From positions 53,157 to 73,156 of IMG/VR virus record IMGVR_UViG_2912889086_000006: a stretch of 20,000 bases of DNA, one strand, 5' to 3'. Numbering within the stretch: position 1 is the first letter of the stretch; every line of letters starts with the position of its first letter. The stretch is from an uncultured virus (IMG/VR IMGVR_UViG_2912889086_000006) (Duplodnaviria > Heunggongvirae > Uroviricota > Caudoviricetes). Both the position numbers and the translations under genes were made by a program. Positions 17,803 to 20,000 of the stretch are shown here, piece by piece. The notes beneath the pieces were generated by a model. That model was not told where the DNA came from. It did no database searches and was given only the letters and a program-made list of their open reading frames with translations.

Positions 17803-18891
17803 TTGGTTAAAGTCGTAAAAAATTTTGTGAAAGTCAATCAATACACTCGTCCAGGTCTAAAGCTTTCTGGTGTTAAAGGAATTGTAATGCACTGGACTGC
17901 AACTCCAGGAGCTAGTGCGTTAAATGAGCGAAATTATTTCAATGGTACATGTATTGCTGATAAACGTTATGCTTCTGCTCATTACTTTGTAGATAGAAAT
18001 GAAGCGCAATATATTATTCCTGAAAATGAAATGGCTTATCATGCACACGATCAAAACCGCTGCTTTGTGAGCTTCCTAAAACCAAATGCGAACCAAACAT
18101 CGATTTCCGTTGAAATGTGCGTGGAGAAAAACGGCACCATTCATGATGAAACTGTGCAGAATGCTGCTGAATTGGTTGCTGATCTTTGTAAAAGATTCAA
18201 ATTGTCTACAGATAAAATCGTCCGTCATTATGATGTAACAAACAAAAGCTGTCCTGCCCCTTGGGTAAGTGACTCAAGCAAGCTGGCAGCATTTCGCAAA
18301 AAAGTTGATGGACTGCTCGGAAACAAAACTGTTTCAAATTCTACAGCTCCCTCTAGTAAAGGTTCTTCCTCCTCTACTGCTGCAAGTTGCTCCCTGAAAT
18401 CAAAAGTTAATGGTCTTCGCTTCTATTCTAAACCTTCTTGGGAAGACAGAGATGTTGTTGGTACAGTGAATAAAGGCTATGGTTTCCCTACTGTTGTTGA
18501 AAAAGTTAAGGTTGGAAGTGCTTATCAGTACAAAGTTAAAAACTCTAAAGGAGCAACATATTACATTACTGCATCTGATAAATATGTTGAAGTTTCAGGA
18601 AGTTTGAAGACTGCCTCCTCCCCTTCTAAATCAACAGCATCAAAATCCAGCTCCGGTTCTTCTTCAATTAAGTCTGTGGGAAAAATTAAAATTGTTGGAG
18701 TATCAAATGCTGCAATTGTTATGGACAAACCTGATCGCAACAATTCAAAGAATATCGGGACAATTAAACTCGGCAGCAAAATTGACATTTCCGGGTCAGT
18801 GAAAGGGAAAAATAACCCTAAAGGCTATTGGGAAGTTATTTACAATGGCAGACGCGGTTATGTTTCAGGTCAGTTTGGCACAAGAGTCTAA
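17803..18891 (+). CDS. blyA: Endolysin, N-acetylmuramoyl-L-alanine amidase (Amidase_2) with two C-terminal cell-wall-binding domains, BlyA-like
   Basis: IVMHWTA, ASAHYFVD, AYHA, SISVEMC, RHYDVTNKSCP amidase-2 motifs; Ser-rich linkers; SH3-like C-terminus (GYWEVIYNGRRGYVSG). TTG start with AGGAGTG RBS. Confidence 0.88.
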   Translation: MVKVVKNFVKVNQYTRPGLKLSGVKGIVMHWTATPGASALNERNYFNGTCIADKRYASAHYFVDRNEAQYIIPENEMAYHAHDQNRCFVSFLKPNANQTSISVEMCVEKNGTIHDETVQNAAELVADLCKRFKLSTDKIVRHYDVTNKSCPAPWVSDSSKLAAFRKKVDGLLGNKTVSNSTAPSSKGSSSSTAASCSLKSKVNGLRFYSKPSWEDRDVVGTVNKGYGFPTVVEKVKVGSAYQYKVKNSKGATYYITASDKYVEVSGSLKTASSPSKSTASKSSSGSSSIKSVGKIKIVGVSNAAIVMDKPDRNNSKNIGTIKLGSKIDISGSVKGKNNPKGYWEVIYNGRRGYVSGQFGTRV

Positions 18892-18911
18892 TTGATATTT
18901 AAGTATCATTA

Positions 18912-18949
18912 AGGATATCTGTTGATTTTAATTGATCAATGGATATCCT
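18912..18949 (+). other. Long RNA hairpin after the endolysin gene
   Basis: AGGATATCTGTTGAT (18912-18926) pairs with ATCAATGGATATCCT (18935-18949): 15 bp with two G.U pairs and only a weak U tract. Confidence 0.6.
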
Positions 18950-19022
18950 CTATTTCTACTGGAGGTGAACAACGTGGGATGACGTACACCTCCTTTATTA
19001 TTGATAAAGGACGGTTGAATTT

Positions 19023-19409
19023 GTGGCTGAAGTAGATGTAAATACACGGTTAAGTGTCTTAGAAGAAAAAATGAAAAATCATCAAGAAAAAATTACAAAT
19101 TTAGAAGCAAGAACTGAAGACATGAGTCGACTAACAACTCTTATGGAACAGCAAATCGAAATAAACAAAGATGCCCAAAAACAATCGCGCGAACAATTTG
19201 TCACATTGACTGAGATGAATAACAGCTTAAAAAATCTAAGCAAATCATATGAAAAACTCGACAATCGAGTGGGCATTCTGGAACAATCAGATTCCAATAG
19301 AAAAATTGATCCAGGTCAATTCGGTAAAGACCTCATGTACAAGGTTTTACCTACTGTAATCGCAACGTTAGTCGGTGCATGGTTGCTTATACATTTCGGA
19401 CTTAAATAA
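19023..19409 (+). CDS. XhlA-like coiled-coil membrane protein (holin accessory)
   Basis: Long N-terminal coiled coil and a single C-terminal TM segment (VLPTVIATLVGAWLLIHFGL); lies between endolysin and holin; AAAGGA RBS. Confidence 0.7.
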   Translation: MAEVDVNTRLSVLEEKMKNHQEKITNLEARTEDMSRLTTLMEQQIEINKDAQKQSREQFVTLTEMNNSLKNLSKSYEKLDNRVGILEQSDSNRKIDPGQFGKDLMYKVLPTVIATLVGAWLLIHFGLK

Positions 19410-19427
19410 GAAAAGGAGATTGATATT

Positions 19428-19682
19428 ATGAATAAAATCAACTGGAAAGTAAGACTGAAAAAGAAAACATTCCTTGTAACAATTTTCTCTGCAACACTTT
19501 TATTTGTTCAAACAATTGCTTCAGCTTTTGGATATGACATAACAGTATACAGTGCTGCTCTAACTGAAAAATTCAACGCTATATTAACATTGTTGGTTGC
19601 ATTAGGCATTGTAGTTGACCCCACAACTAAAGGCATCTCTGATAGCAATCAAGCAATGGAATATGAAGAGCCAAGACAATAA
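19428..19682 (+). CDS. Phage holin, phi LC3 family
   Basis: MNKINWKVRLKKKTF...GIVVDPTTKGISDS.QAMEYEEP signature; two TM segments; AAAGGAG RBS. Confidence 0.9.
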   Translation: MNKINWKVRLKKKTFLVTIFSATLLFVQTIASAFGYDITVYSAALTEKFNAILTLLVALGIVVDPTTKGISDSNQAMEYEEPRQ

Positions 19683-19700
19683 TAGTAAAGGGCTGATTTA

Positions 19701-20000
19701 ATGAAAACGACTGTTACATACTCCCCCTATCCATCAAACTTTTCAGAAGTACATATTAACACCGGAGAAGAAAAATCAATTAAGCTTAGTCTCGTTGCGT
19801 CTCCTCCTGATATCCCTCCTCAGAATGATTCAGAAGATACTGAAGAAAACGCTGTAGAGATTTCATCAGCCATATTGGCTGACCCTAGTTTAAGAATGGA
19901 AATCAATGATGGGATTTCGACTGAGGAATTGATGACATTAAACAAAGAGGATGCTAAGGTTTTAGTGCAGGTACTCAGAGACTTTCTTAAACAAATGTAA
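19701..20000 (+). CDS. Acidic hypothetical protein (99 aa)
   Basis: AAAGGG RBS-like sequence before ATG 19701; complete ORF ending TAA at 19998-20000. Confidence 0.65.
   Translation: MKTTVTYSPYPSNFSEVHINTGEEKSIKLSLVASPPDIPPQNDSEDTEENAVEISSAILADPSLRMEINDGISTEELMTLNKEDAKVLVQVLRDFLKQM

Larger units (their letters stand above)
1..20000. mobile_element. SPbeta-like Bacillus prophage/phage, tail and lysis module (window lies entirely within it)
   Basis: Gene order tape measure (SLT+M23), Dit, tail hub, adaptor, beta-helix tailspike, amidase, holins matches the SPbeta yomI-yomH-yomG-yomF-yomE-blyA layout. The C-terminal half of the tape measure protein closely resembles recalled SPbeta YomI/CwlP. 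Confidence 0.93.

Noticed and set aside
2958..19297. Many short antisense or alternate-frame ORFs in the track (e.g. 2958-3182, 5899-6159, 7525-7878, 12640-12909, 15516-15767, 19082-19297)
   Set aside because: They are shadows of long coding genes or span terminators, with no recognisable motifs.
19023..19682. Gene symbols bhlA/bhlB
   Set aside because: Positionally equivalent, but the sequences fit XhlA-like and phi LC3 families rather than recalled SPbeta BhlA/BhlB.

Overview
Tail-morphogenesis and lysis module of an SPbeta-like Bacillus (pro)phage: tape measure/CwlP (yomI), distal tail (yomH), tail hub (yomG), adaptor (yomF), beta-helix tailspike (yomE), amidase endolysin and two holin-type genes. 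An accessory cassette precedes it, with a divergent Cro/Xre HTH gene, two small ORFs and a large repeat-rich PD-(D/E)xK-type endonuclease. The main finding is that the tape measure gene, which looks fragmented in the ORF track, is interrupted by three tightly clustered, ORF-less group I introns (4627-4915, 4966-5188, 5403-5678). Each has a U.G 5' splice-site helix, P/Q/R/S-type core motifs and a terminal G. Removing them restores one 6657-nt frame (2218 aa) reading ...[32 protein letters not shown]...QNTR-F-LALMEQW. The free-standing nuclease upstream is a candidate trans-acting 'collaborative homing' partner. Skipping exons 2+3 would be in frame (88 codons), a possible route to tape-measure isoforms. 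An unannotated 52-aa paralog of the tailspike N-terminus suggests a branched receptor-binding-protein docking system. Family assignments come from recognising motifs by eye and from memory; no searches were run.
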